The notes: generated by a model from the sequence alone, not told the origin. 41,622 bases of DNA from Candidatus Eiseniibacteriota bacterium (GCA_039917105.1 JBDSKE010000208.1:1-41622), one strand, 5' to 3'. Positions 16,993-25,821 are shown, counted from the first letter of the stretch. Program-made: numbers and translations.

Positions 16993-18113
16993 TGCAATAC
17001 CTCCGAAGGGGAAGGAGCAGCCGTTGAATGGGAGATGGGTGTGGTGGGAAGCGTGAGGCGCGCGCGCGTGCCGTGCTCGGCGCTGGACTCGATCGCGAAT
17101 GCGTGTCCCTGCCCCGCCAGGCGCAGGCGCTCGCGGACGGACTCCAGCCCGACGCCGTGCCCTTTGGGCGCGGTGCCGGTGATGAAGCCCGGGCCGTCAT
17201 CGGCGATCTCGATCACCAACGATTCGCCATCGCGATGTGCTGCGAGCGTGATAGTGCCGCCACCGGGACGCCCAGCGACGGCGTAGCGCACTGCGTTCTC
17301 GACCAGCGGCTGCAACAGGAGGCTCGGCACCGGTATGGCTTCGAGGCCGGGCTCGACCTGTTCCACGAGCGTCAGGCGTTCGCCCAGGCGTGAGCGCTCA
17401 ATCTCGAGATACGAACGCAGGAACTCCAACTCATCGCCCAGGCGCGAGTGCTCGCGTTGGCCCGAGGTGAGCGCGTAACGGAACACCTCGGCCAGCCGCG
17501 TCACGACATCCTCAGCCGCGCCCGGGTTCTCGGCGATCAGCGCGGCGATGGTGTTGAGCGTGTTGAACAGGAAGTGCGGATTGACCTGCGCGCGCAGGGC
17601 ACGGAGTTCGGCACGCGCGAGTTCGGCCCGGATGCGCTCCACCTGCGCGGCGCGGTCCAATGCTTGGCGGTAGAACACGCGAGCGTAAGCGATGCCACCG
17701 AAGAGCGTTGAGAATAGCAGCGTGAACAGTCCCGAGACGACGTATGACCGGGGACTATCGAGGAAATCCTTCTCGACCAATGCGTCCACGATGAACGCCG
17801 CCACATAAGACGCCACGATCGAGGCGGCGATGTAAGCCGCCCCTTCGGTCGCCCAATGCTTGTGGTCCGCGCGGCCGGGCCCGCGCAAGCGTGGGACCAG
17901 GAAGGTCTCCACGCTCAACAGCGAGAGCCGGATCATGAACGAGAACACCAAGGAGATCTGGTAGGACAGGAGGTATATCGCCGGGGTCGCGCCGTTGAGC
18001 GTTCCGAAGAAAAGCGCGAAGGGAACCGCCCACAGCGCGGTCAGGATCGTCATCTCGTACAGCCATGCCTGCGGCGTGCGGCGGGGTCGGATCGGGCGTG
18101 CCGTGTCGTTCAT
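16980..18113 (-). CDS. LytS/YehU-type sensor histidine kinase
   Basis: H-box LRAQVNPHFLFNTLN; LLQPLVENAVRY; DDGPG; GVGLESVRERL; four N-terminal hydrophobic helices. Start could be 18113 or 18131. Confidence 0.93.
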   Translation of the reverse strand: MNDTARPIRPRRTPQAWLYEMTILTALWAVPFALFFGTLNGATPAIYLLSYQISLVFSFMIRLSLLSVETFLVPRLRGPGRADHKHWATEGAAYIAASIVASYVAAFIVDALVEKDFLDSPRSYVVSGLFTLLFSTLFGGIAYARVFYRQALDRAAQVERIRAELARAELRALRAQVNPHFLFNTLNTIAALIAENPGAAEDVVTRLAEVFRYALTSGQREHSRLGDELEFLRSYLEIERSRLGERLTLVEQVEPGLEAIPVPSLLLQPLVENAVRYAVAGRPGGGTITLAAHRDGESLVIEIADDGPGFITGTAPKGHGVGLESVRERLRLAGQGHAFAIESSAEHGTRARLTLPTTPISHSTAAPSPSEVLQCDD

Positions 18114-18158
18114 GTGACCAGTGAACGACATCCGGGCGGGCGCGGGAACTGGGTTCCC

Positions 18159-18190
18159 GATGAACGGTCGTCCGGGGGCGACGGACGGTC
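18159..18190 (-). promoter_or_regulatory. Paired LytTR-type binding boxes (direct repeats, 21-bp period)
   Basis: Minus-strand GACCGTCCGTC (18190-18180) and GACCGTTCATC (18169-18159); each matches the AlgR site ACCGTTCGTC at 9 of 10 positions. Confidence 0.65.
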
Positions 18191-19391
18191 AGGGGCGCGG
18201 GTGACCGGGTGCCAGGACGCGAAGCGCCATGACCGTGATGTCATCGCCCGGCTCGGCACCCGCCAGGAATGCTCGCAAGCCGTTGAGCACGCGGTCCACG
18301 AGCTCCCGCGCCGGCAAGCTCGCCGGCTGTGATTCGAGCAGAGCGTAAAGTCGCTCCTCGCCGAACATCTCGCCGGTCGGTGATTGCGCTTCGCTCACCC
18401 CATCGGTGTACAGCAGGATGCGGTCGCCCGGCTGCAGATCGATCGAGGCTTCCTCGTAGGGCAGCCCCTCCATCATGCCCACGACCAGTCCGCCCTGTTC
18501 GAGCAGCATCCGTTCGCCACTGGCGCGCAGCAACACGGGAAAGTTGTGTCCGGCGTTGGTGTAGCGCAGTCGCATCTCGGGTTCGTCCACGGCGGCCAGG
18601 AAGAACGTGGCGAACTGACCCGTGATACTGCGCTGGCACACGAGCGTATTGATATTCGTCATGATCTCGGCCATCGAGCGCACGCCCTGTGCCTGTGTGC
18701 GAAGCGACGCCTGGAGCATGGACGACAGAAGTGCTGCGGGAACTCCCTTGCCCGAGACATCGGCAACCGCGAGCAGGAACCCCGCGTCTCCACGTGACAC
18801 GACGTCGTAGAAGTCCCCGCTGACTTCCTTGGAGGACAGATTGACCGCGTGCATCTCGATCCGGGGACTCTGTGGGAACTCGGACAGCAGGAAGGATTCC
18901 TGGATGCGCCGAGCCAACAGCAGCTCGCGCTCCGAACCGGCCCGCTCCATGGCCTGTCGGTGGAAGCTGAATGCCATGCTGAGCCCAACGAACAGCACGG
19001 CGAAGACCAAACTGTACAGGGCGATGGTGATGAACGCCTGCGAGCTGCCGAGGAACCCGGGCACGACGGTGAAGTGGATGATCAGCGCCGCCAGTAGAGC
19101 GAATGCGAGGCTTGTCACCATGTAGGTGAGCGCCACCTGCAATGCCTTGCGTTCGTCGGTGAACAACTGCGGGGCGAATCGGGGGATGAGCACCCAGGTG
19201 GTGACCCAGATGCCGATGTTGATCACAGTCGAGAAGATCGCCGCGATGACGAGGAAGCCCAGGAATCCGACCTCCTTGCGACCCATCAACAGCATGAAGA
19301 AAAGCGCGAAGCCCACCGAGTTGACGGGAATCACCCACAACATGGCCAGGGCATCGGTCTGGGCGGTCTTGCGGCGTGCTGCCTTGGCCAC
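18189..19391 (-). CDS. Membrane-bound PP2C / SpoIIE (RsbU-like) phosphatase
   Basis: Motifs ARRIQ, VSGDFYD, ADVSGKGVPAAL, NAGH, YTDGVSE and DDIT; N-terminal TM domain; GTG 19391 with GGAG RBS. Confidence 0.92.
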   Translation of the reverse strand: MAKAARRKTAQTDALAMLWVIPVNSVGFALFFMLLMGRKEVGFLGFLVIAAIFSTVINIGIWVTTWVLIPRFAPQLFTDERKALQVALTYMVTSLAFALLAALIIHFTVVPGFLGSSQAFITIALYSLVFAVLFVGLSMAFSFHRQAMERAGSERELLLARRIQESFLLSEFPQSPRIEMHAVNLSSKEVSGDFYDVVSRGDAGFLLAVADVSGKGVPAALLSSMLQASLRTQAQGVRSMAEIMTNINTLVCQRSITGQFATFFLAAVDEPEMRLRYTNAGHNFPVLLRASGERMLLEQGGLVVGMMEGLPYEEASIDLQPGDRILLYTDGVSEAQSPTGEMFGEERLYALLESQPASLPARELVDRVLNGLRAFLAGAEPGDDITVMALRVLAPGHPRP

Positions 19392-19408
19392 GAAAGGTCT
19401 CCTTGGGA

Positions 19409-20047
19409 TCAGGGGGCAAGGCGCTCGCGCACCCATGCATGTGCGCGGCGGGTGTAACGCAGGCGGTCGTGCAGGCGCGAGTAACGCCCCTGCCAGAACT
19501 CGATGACGCGCGGCACCACCCGATACCCGCCCCAATGCGGGGGCCGCGGCACATCCCGGTCTTCGTAACGATGTGCCACGCTCGCAAGCCGGGCTTCGAG
19601 CGTGGTGCGCGAATCGATGACCCGGCTCTGCGGCGAGGCCCAGGCACCGATGCGGGCGCCGCGCGGGCGCGATGCGAAGTAGGCGTCGGACTCGGCATCG
19701 CTCAAGCGCAGAACCTTGCCCTCGATGCGCACCTGACGCTCCAGTGGAGGCCACCATAGCGCGAGCGCGGCATGGCGTTGGCCATCCAGTTCACGCGCCT
19801 TGCGACTTTGGAAATTCGTGAAGAACTGGAAGCCCTCGGCACCAGCTCCCTTGAGCAGGACGAGCCGCACCGAGGGGCGGCCACGGCCGTCCACCGTGGC
19901 CAGCGACATGGCGGTGGGCTCGAGGACGTCCTCGGTTGCGAGGGCTACCTTCAGCCAGCGCGAGAACAGTACGAGCGGATCGATCGGCGCGCGCGACTCC
20001 AGGAGCGGTTTGTTTCCGTACTCCTTGCGCAGGGTGGCGAGGGACAT
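19409..20047 (-). CDS. pdxH: Pyridoxamine 5'-phosphate oxidase
   Basis: Motifs RLVLLK, FFTN..SRK, RQVRIEG, YFASRPR, PRPPHWGGY, EFWQGR..RLHDR and RLAP. Confidence 0.96.
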   Translation of the reverse strand: MSLATLRKEYGNKPLLESRAPIDPLVLFSRWLKVALATEDVLEPTAMSLATVDGRGRPSVRLVLLKGAGAEGFQFFTNFQSRKARELDGQRHAALALWWPPLERQVRIEGKVLRLSDAESDAYFASRPRGARIGAWASPQSRVIDSRTTLEARLASVAHRYEDRDVPRPPHWGGYRVVPRVIEFWQGRYSRLHDRLRYTRRAHAWVRERLAP

Positions 20048-20201
20048 GGGCGCAAGCTACGACGCACGACCACCCGCGGCAAGGTTGGGCGGGCGGTGGG
20101 GCGAAAGATCTGGCGTCCCCATTGCCCGACCCGCTCTTGCCGCCATTGAACCTTGGTGAGAGTGTCACGCCTCTCGTTTGTCGGCGCCCGCGGAGGTTTC
20201 C

Positions 20202-20753
20202 ATGAAGAATCCCTACGTGATCGGGGACAAGCTGTACCTGCGTCCGCTCGATCGCGAGGATGCGGCCATCATCCAACGTTTCATCAACGACCCGGGCGTC
20301 TCGCGCAACCTGCTTGTGTACCGGCCATACACCCTGGCGATGGAACTGGCCTACATCGAGACCTCGGCCAGCAGCCCCGGCGACATCGCGCTTGGCATCT
20401 GCCTCAAGTCGGACGATCAGTTGATTGGTACCACGGGCCTGCATGGGATTCATGACAAGGACCGACGCGCCGACTTCGGAGTGGCCATCGGCGATGAGCG
20501 CCAATGGGGCAAGGGGTACGGCACCGAAGTCACACGACTCATGACGCAACTGGCTTTCGAACGGCTGAACCTCAACCGCGTGTCATTGAGCGTATACGAG
20601 TTCAATGAGCGGGGCATCCGAGCCTATGCGCGCGTGGGCTTTCAGCGCGAGGGCGTGTTGCGCCAGTACACATTCGTGGATGGCGCCTACCACGACGCTG
20701 TCATCATGAGCATGCTGCGCTCGGATTGGGAGCAGGCGAGGGCCGGAGTCTAG
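20202..20753 (+). CDS. GNAT N-acetyltransferase (RimJ/RimL/SpeG-like)
   Basis: GGAGG RBS; LYLRPL, WGKGYGTE, LNLNRV, N..IRAY..GF.REG. Confidence 0.9.
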   Translation: MKNPYVIGDKLYLRPLDREDAAIIQRFINDPGVSRNLLVYRPYTLAMELAYIETSASSPGDIALGICLKSDDQLIGTTGLHGIHDKDRRADFGVAIGDERQWGKGYGTEVTRLMTQLAFERLNLNRVSLSVYEFNERGIRAYARVGFQREGVLRQYTFVDGAYHDAVIMSMLRSDWEQARAGV

Positions 20754-21919
20754 AACCGGATCGAGGCAGCCAACGCCAGGGCGTCGGCATTCACAGTGGG
20801 TTTTCCCGGCGGGCGCATGACATCCCGCTGCGCGCTGAGCTTGAGGTGCACCTCGCGTGTCGCGCGCACCCCTGCGCCGATCTCGTAGCGGTCGAGCGGA
20901 TCGTCCCATGGACGCGAAGGCCCGGTTGTTGGCGTGACTTCGCTGAAGCGCATCATCTCGGCGCGTCCGGCAATCCATGTGAGTGCGCCGACTCCGATGC
21001 GGGTCTCCAGGTAGCCACCATGCAGGCGAAGTGTGCCGGTGGTGATCGTGTCCCACGACTTGGTGAATGCCTCGCCACGCAGCTCGACACGCCCGCGCTG
21101 GAGTTCCACGTCGGCCATCGCGAGCATTTCATGGAAATCGGCGAGCCGACTACCTGGGCGCAACGCATATTCGAAAAATTCCGGTAGCCATGGACCGTAA
21201 GAGCCTGAGAGGCCGAGCCGCACGGCCGGCGTCGGCACGATGCCCACGCGCCCGAGGACGCTTTGGCCCGGCGTATCCTCGGTGCCGGGTTCCGGCCAGC
21301 CCGGAGCGCCCTGTGTGACGCCGGCCGCGAACTCGAAGCGACGCGCCGAACCCAGCGCCACGATTCCTGCATCCCACCAGCGGTCATCCACGACGGGCAT
21401 GCCGACCCAGTCCCCACCTTCGATCGAGGCTTGGCCCATGCCCGCAAAGGAGACGAGTTCGTTGACGTCGGCCGGTACAAGATTCCACGGCAACGAAGCG
21501 TGATGCTGATACATGAGCGGCTCGCCAACGAGCGGGTTCTTGTCAGAATACTTGCGAGCGGCCCATGTGCCGATCGGCCATGGGATCTTGCCGGCTTCCA
21601 AATGGAGATCACGCGACTTCCACGGGCTCCACATGGCGTAGGCCCCATCGGCGCGGACACCGCCATAGCCTTCGGCGAGCAGCGTCTGCACATACACATC
21701 GAGGCCGTCGGCAACCGACGCGTCGAGGAACAGGCGCAGGCAATAGGGCTCGAAGTTCGAATCTCCAAAGGTGGTGAGGTTGCGACCATGGACCTGTTGG
21801 CCCGTGGCAAAGCACAAGTCCAGCAGCCCTCGCGCCTGGAGCGAGACTTCGGCACCCACGCGCTCGCTTGCACCCACGAGGCCCACCATCATCAATGCTA
21901 CCTGGGCCAGGCGCTTCAT
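20750..21919 (-). CDS. Outer-membrane beta-barrel (porin-like) protein
   Basis: Signal peptide MKRLAQVALMMVGLVGA; alternating hydrophobic strands; C-terminal ASIRF; ATG overlaps the kinase stop codon (ATGA). Confidence 0.7.
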   Translation of the reverse strand: MKRLAQVALMMVGLVGASERVGAEVSLQARGLLDLCFATGQQVHGRNLTTFGDSNFEPYCLRLFLDASVADGLDVYVQTLLAEGYGGVRADGAYAMWSPWKSRDLHLEAGKIPWPIGTWAARKYSDKNPLVGEPLMYQHHASLPWNLVPADVNELVSFAGMGQASIEGGDWVGMPVVDDRWWDAGIVALGSARRFEFAAGVTQGAPGWPEPGTEDTPGQSVLGRVGIVPTPAVRLGLSGSYGPWLPEFFEYALRPGSRLADFHEMLAMADVELQRGRVELRGEAFTKSWDTITTGTLRLHGGYLETRIGVGALTWIAGRAEMMRFSEVTPTTGPSRPWDDPLDRYEIGAGVRATREVHLKLSAQRDVMRPPGKPTVNADALALAASIRF

Positions 21920-23727
21920 GCGGCATCCTCCATGCGCGAGGCAGCCAATGCGCTGGGCAGCTCCAATGTGAACCGGCTGCCACGACCTTCCTCGCCATCC
22001 CATTGCAACCGTCCGCCGTGGGCTTCTGCGACGCGTCCCGCCAAAGGGAGACCAAAGCCCAGACCCGGCACGTTGAACTCCAGCCCGTGTGAGGTTCGGT
22101 GATGCTTGGCCTCGTGCGAGACGAAAGTGGGGTCCAAGAGTCGGCGCCGCGTCTCGGGCGACAACCCGATGCCATCATCTTTCACCTCGATCAGGAGCAT
22201 GTCGCCTTGAGGCCGAGCCTCGACGGTGACCTGGCCGCCGTCCTGCGTGAAGCGGATCCCGTTCGAGATGAGCGCGTGCATCGCCTGGAGCAAGAGAGGG
22301 CGGTCGACCCAGGCCCGTTCCGCCCCGGCTTGAATGATCAGGTCCACGGCAACGCGTCGACCTGCTCCCAACACCTGCACCTCCCGGGTGGCTTCCTCGA
22401 TCATCTCGGCCACGCTTTCGTGCGAGGTCTCGGGGGATGCGGCCCGATTTCCGAAGTCGGCCATGCGCGTGGCATCCACCGCGACGCGCTCGAGTGTGCC
22501 GCAAGCCCGTTCGATCGCGTCGAGACCCTGGGTGAAGCGACCATTGGTGGGCAGAATGTGTCCGGTCCGAAACATGCCCTCCCAGCCACGGATCACCGCA
22601 ATCGGCGTGCGAAGTTCGTGCGAAGCGATCGAGATGAACTCGCTCTTGGCGCGCGAAGCCTGCTGCAGGTTCTCCACATAGGAACGCTGTTGCACGCGCA
22701 TGGCGTCGAACCGGGCGGCCAGGTAACCGATCTCATCGGTTCGGGAGCAATCGACCGGCGCGTCCCAGCGGCCACTTTCCATCGCCTCAGCGGCCTGCAC
22801 CAACTGGAGGATCGGGCGGGTGATGTGCCGAGCAATGAACGACGATGCCAATGCCACCATCAACAGCGTGAACAATCCCAACTCGAACAAGTGCGTGCGT
22901 ACGGCCCGGAGAAAGGCCGTCTCGGCTTCGAACGAACGCTGCAACACATAGGTCTGGTGGCTGCCCACAGCGGCGAGCGGGAGTGGCCGAGCAAGTGCAA
23001 TCCAACTGCCTTGCCGTCCGAGCGCCGCATGCGATGAATCATGGGATCGGTCGGCCCGCTCGGCCATGTGCATCGCGGCGTCGCGGTCACCGGTCGCGTC
23101 GAGCGTACTGCGCGTGACAATTCCTCCCAAGAGGAACGTGACTTCGCTCGAGGTCAAACCACGCAGGTCTTTGGCGAGCGTGCTGCCGACCTCGGTGCCC
23201 ATGAGCAGGACGCCGACCACGCGCCTGTCCGCGATCACGGGGGTGGCCACAAGCAGCACATGGGTGCCACGCTGGGCGATGGCGCGACTCTCGGGGTGAC
23301 CCGAGAGCGCTGACTTCAGCAGCGACGCGCGCGGCTCGGCCTGCAGCGGGACCGAGCCCACCGAGGCCACGATCATGCCGTGTTCATCCGCCACTTCAAA
23401 GACATCGGGGTGGGTGATGCGATGGAAATCCTTGGCAACGCCCGCCATGGTGGCCCGGTAGTCGCGGTCGCGCGGCCCGTGCGGAAGTGTGAGTACGGCG
23501 AAAAAGCGGGGATCGCGCACGATGACGGCGCTTGCGGTCTGAAGTTCCTCGGCGCGCGCCGCAAGAAGCGTTTCGAACACCGTGGCCGCGCGGCGCAGGT
23601 CGTCGCCTAACGCGATCTCGGTCCGCGAGGAAACGCCACGGTCCACCAGCCACAGACTCGCGCCCGCGAGGGCGATGAGTGGAAGCGCAGTGAGCAGCAG
23701 AATCTGCCACCGAAGTGCTAGTCGCAT
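21916..23727 (-). CDS. Sensor histidine kinase (periplasmic Cache-like, HAMP, HisKA, HATPase)
   Basis: Two TM helices; HAMP (ITRPI..L..DEIG.LA..F..M); H-box SHELRTP; ISNGIRFT; DDGIG; GLGFGL; AHGG; GSRF. Confidence 0.92.
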   Translation of the reverse strand: MRLALRWQILLLTALPLIALAGASLWLVDRGVSSRTEIALGDDLRRAATVFETLLAARAEELQTASAVIVRDPRFFAVLTLPHGPRDRDYRATMAGVAKDFHRITHPDVFEVADEHGMIVASVGSVPLQAEPRASLLKSALSGHPESRAIAQRGTHVLLVATPVIADRRVVGVLLMGTEVGSTLAKDLRGLTSSEVTFLLGGIVTRSTLDATGDRDAAMHMAERADRSHDSSHAALGRQGSWIALARPLPLAAVGSHQTYVLQRSFEAETAFLRAVRTHLFELGLFTLLMVALASSFIARHITRPILQLVQAAEAMESGRWDAPVDCSRTDEIGYLAARFDAMRVQQRSYVENLQQASRAKSEFISIASHELRTPIAVIRGWEGMFRTGHILPTNGRFTQGLDAIERACGTLERVAVDATRMADFGNRAASPETSHESVAEMIEEATREVQVLGAGRRVAVDLIIQAGAERAWVDRPLLLQAMHALISNGIRFTQDGGQVTVEARPQGDMLLIEVKDDGIGLSPETRRRLLDPTFVSHEAKHHRTSHGLEFNVPGLGFGLPLAGRVAEAHGGRLQWDGEEGRGSRFTLELPSALAASRMEDAA

Positions 23728-23729
23728 CG

Positions 23730-24392
23730 TCAGAACACCACGTCCACGCTGACATCCCCGCTCGCCGGAACGGTGATCTCGCGCTTGCCACCCGTGAAGT
23801 CCGGGTGCCACCACTTCATGGTGTAATGGCCTGCAGGCAGTTCGGGCAGCCGGAACGCACCATCCTCGGAGGGACGGGAGAAGGCGCGGTTGGGAAGGAC
23901 CATCACGAACGCCGCCATGTCCGCATGGATGTCACAGAAGACTTTCACCAGCCCGGGCTTCGCCATCCGCACGCAGCGCGATTGGCCACGCGGATACTTG
24001 CCCAGGTCGAAGCGTGCAGGGGGCGAGACACTGAAGACGTTGTGGTAGATCGGGTCTTGATTGGGAAAGTCGACTTCGGTGCCCACGGCCACGGACATCA
24101 CCCGCGGCACGAACGATTGGTCACGTTGCGCGAGCTGGTGAATGCCCCTTTGCCCAGGTAGCGTCGCAGCGACATTCACGGGCAACGCTTCGATACTGAG
24201 CACGGCATCCGTCACCAGCCCGCGTGCGGGCTGGGTGTGGCCGGGCAGCGACGAGGCCTTCCCCGCATAAGGTTGGAAGGTGTGGCTTTCGCCCGCGAGC
24301 CCGGGCACGCGGACGCTCCCGCGGATCACGCCCGCATGCACGGGTGTGGTCAGGCTGGCGAGAATCAACAAGATGGGTGCTGTTGTGCGCAC
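23730..24392 (-). CDS. Secreted cupredoxin-like protein with carboxypeptidase-regulatory-like domain
   Basis: GTG 24392 with AAGGA RBS; signal peptide ending VHA; F.PRV..V.VG..V.FPNQD..YHNVFS; FCDIHADM; G.F.L..LPAG.Y. Confidence 0.82.
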   Translation of the reverse strand: MRTTAPILLILASLTTPVHAGVIRGSVRVPGLAGESHTFQPYAGKASSLPGHTQPARGLVTDAVLSIEALPVNVAATLPGQRGIHQLAQRDQSFVPRVMSVAVGTEVDFPNQDPIYHNVFSVSPPARFDLGKYPRGQSRCVRMAKPGLVKVFCDIHADMAAFVMVLPNRAFSRPSEDGAFRLPELPAGHYTMKWWHPDFTGGKREITVPASGDVSVDVVF

Positions 24393-24506
24393 GCGAGTCC
24401 GATTCCTTGGGGTCCGAGCGTTGCAGACCGGGGGTGGATACGCGTGGTTATCGGCCCGGAGGTCGCTGGACTGGAGGGTCGGAAAGCTGATTTTGCCCAC
24501 TGCTCT

Positions 24507-24542
24507 AACATAAAGGCCCGATGGCGGATGGCCATCGGGCCT
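24507..24542 (-). terminator. Intrinsic terminator downstream of gcdH
   Basis: Perfect 12-bp stem aggcccgatggc / gccatcgggcct with a 5-nt loop, followed on the minus strand by TTATGTT. Confidence 0.75.
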
Positions 24543-24563
24543 AAAGTGATGCACGAGACCGGT

Positions 24564-25751
24564 TCAGCGGTACGCGGCGACTCCCGTGACCGCTTCACCC
24601 AAGACGAGCGTGTGGATATTGTGCGTGCCCTCGTAGGTGAAGACCGATTCGAGATTACACATGTGTCGCATGATGGGATATTCGGAGGTGATCCCGTTCG
24701 CGCCAAGGATGTCGCGCGCCTCACGCGCGGTGGCCAGCGCGATCTCACAGTTGTTGCGTTTGGCCAGTGAGATCTGCGCAGGGGTGATCGTGCCGCGCTC
24801 CTTGATGCGCCCCAGCTGCACCGACAATAACTGCGCCTTGGTGATCTCGGTGAGCATGATCGCGAGCTTCTGTTGCACCAATTGATAGGACGCGATCGGC
24901 TTGCCGAACATGATGCGAGTCTTGGAATACTCGGTCGCCGAGTGGAAGCAGGCCATGGCCGCGCCGACGACGCCGAACGCGATACCGAAGCGCGCCTGCG
25001 ACAGGCAGCCCAGCGGGCCCTTCAGGCCCGAGACGTTCGGCAGCAGGTTGGCTTCCGGCACGAACACATCCTGAAGGATGAGCTCGCTGGTGACCGAGGC
25101 GCGCAACGAATGCTTGCGCTTCTGCTCGGGGGCGGAAAACCCCTTGCTGCCCTTCTCGACCAGGAAGCCCTTGATCTCGTCGCGGCCCCGCTCCGGGTTA
25201 TGGAGCTTGGCCCATACGATCGCCACATCGGCGACGGTGCCGTTGGTGATCCACATCTTGGCGCCGTTCAGGATGTAGCCGCCCTCGGTGCGGACGGCGC
25301 GTGTGATCATGCCGCCAGGGTCAGATCCGAAGTCGGGCTCGGTCAGGCCGAAGCAACCGATCACTTCGCCCTTCGCCATGCGCGGCAACCACTGCATTCG
25401 CTGCGCCTCGGATCCGTAAGCAAAGATCGGGTACATGCACAGCGCCCCCTGCACGGAGACGAATGAGCGGAGCCCTGAGTCGCCACGTTCCAGTTCCTGC
25501 ATGGCAAGGCCGTACGCCGTGGGGGAGACGCCGGCGCAGCCATACTTCTCGGGAAGGGTTGCGCCGAGCAGGCCCATCTCGGCCACCTGCGGTATGACTT
25601 CCGTGGGGAAGTAGGCGTTGTCGTAGGCATCCTCGATGAGGGGGAGGAACTTCTCCTCGACCCACGCTCGTACACTGTTGCGAATGGTGATCTCGTCCTC
25701 GCTCAGGAGGCTGTCGATTTCGTAAAAGTCGGTGCCGCTGAACTGCGACAT
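24564..25751 (-). CDS. gcdH: Glutaryl-CoA dehydrogenase-like acyl-CoA dehydrogenase
   Basis: Motifs ELERGDSGLRS, GCFGLTEPDFGSDP, GAKMWITNG, ARDILGANGI and NLESVFTYEGT; AAGGAG RBS before ATG 25751. Confidence 0.88.
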   Translation of the reverse strand: MSQFSGTDFYEIDSLLSEDEITIRNSVRAWVEEKFLPLIEDAYDNAYFPTEVIPQVAEMGLLGATLPEKYGCAGVSPTAYGLAMQELERGDSGLRSFVSVQGALCMYPIFAYGSEAQRMQWLPRMAKGEVIGCFGLTEPDFGSDPGGMITRAVRTEGGYILNGAKMWITNGTVADVAIVWAKLHNPERGRDEIKGFLVEKGSKGFSAPEQKRKHSLRASVTSELILQDVFVPEANLLPNVSGLKGPLGCLSQARFGIAFGVVGAAMACFHSATEYSKTRIMFGKPIASYQLVQQKLAIMLTEITKAQLLSVQLGRIKERGTITPAQISLAKRNNCEIALATAREARDILGANGITSEYPIMRHMCNLESVFTYEGTHNIHTLVLGEAVTGVAAYR

Positions 25752-25815
25752 GCGGGCTCCTTGGGTTTCATGCGCGTGGAACTCGCGCGCAAGGGAGTTG
25801 CAATAGTTACCGCGG

Positions 25816-25821
25816 ATTATA
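25816..25821 (-). promoter_or_regulatory. Putative sigma70 -10 element for gcdH
   Basis: Perfect TATAAT on the minus strand about 65 nt upstream of the start codon, in a GC-rich context. No clear -35 element. Confidence 0.5.
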
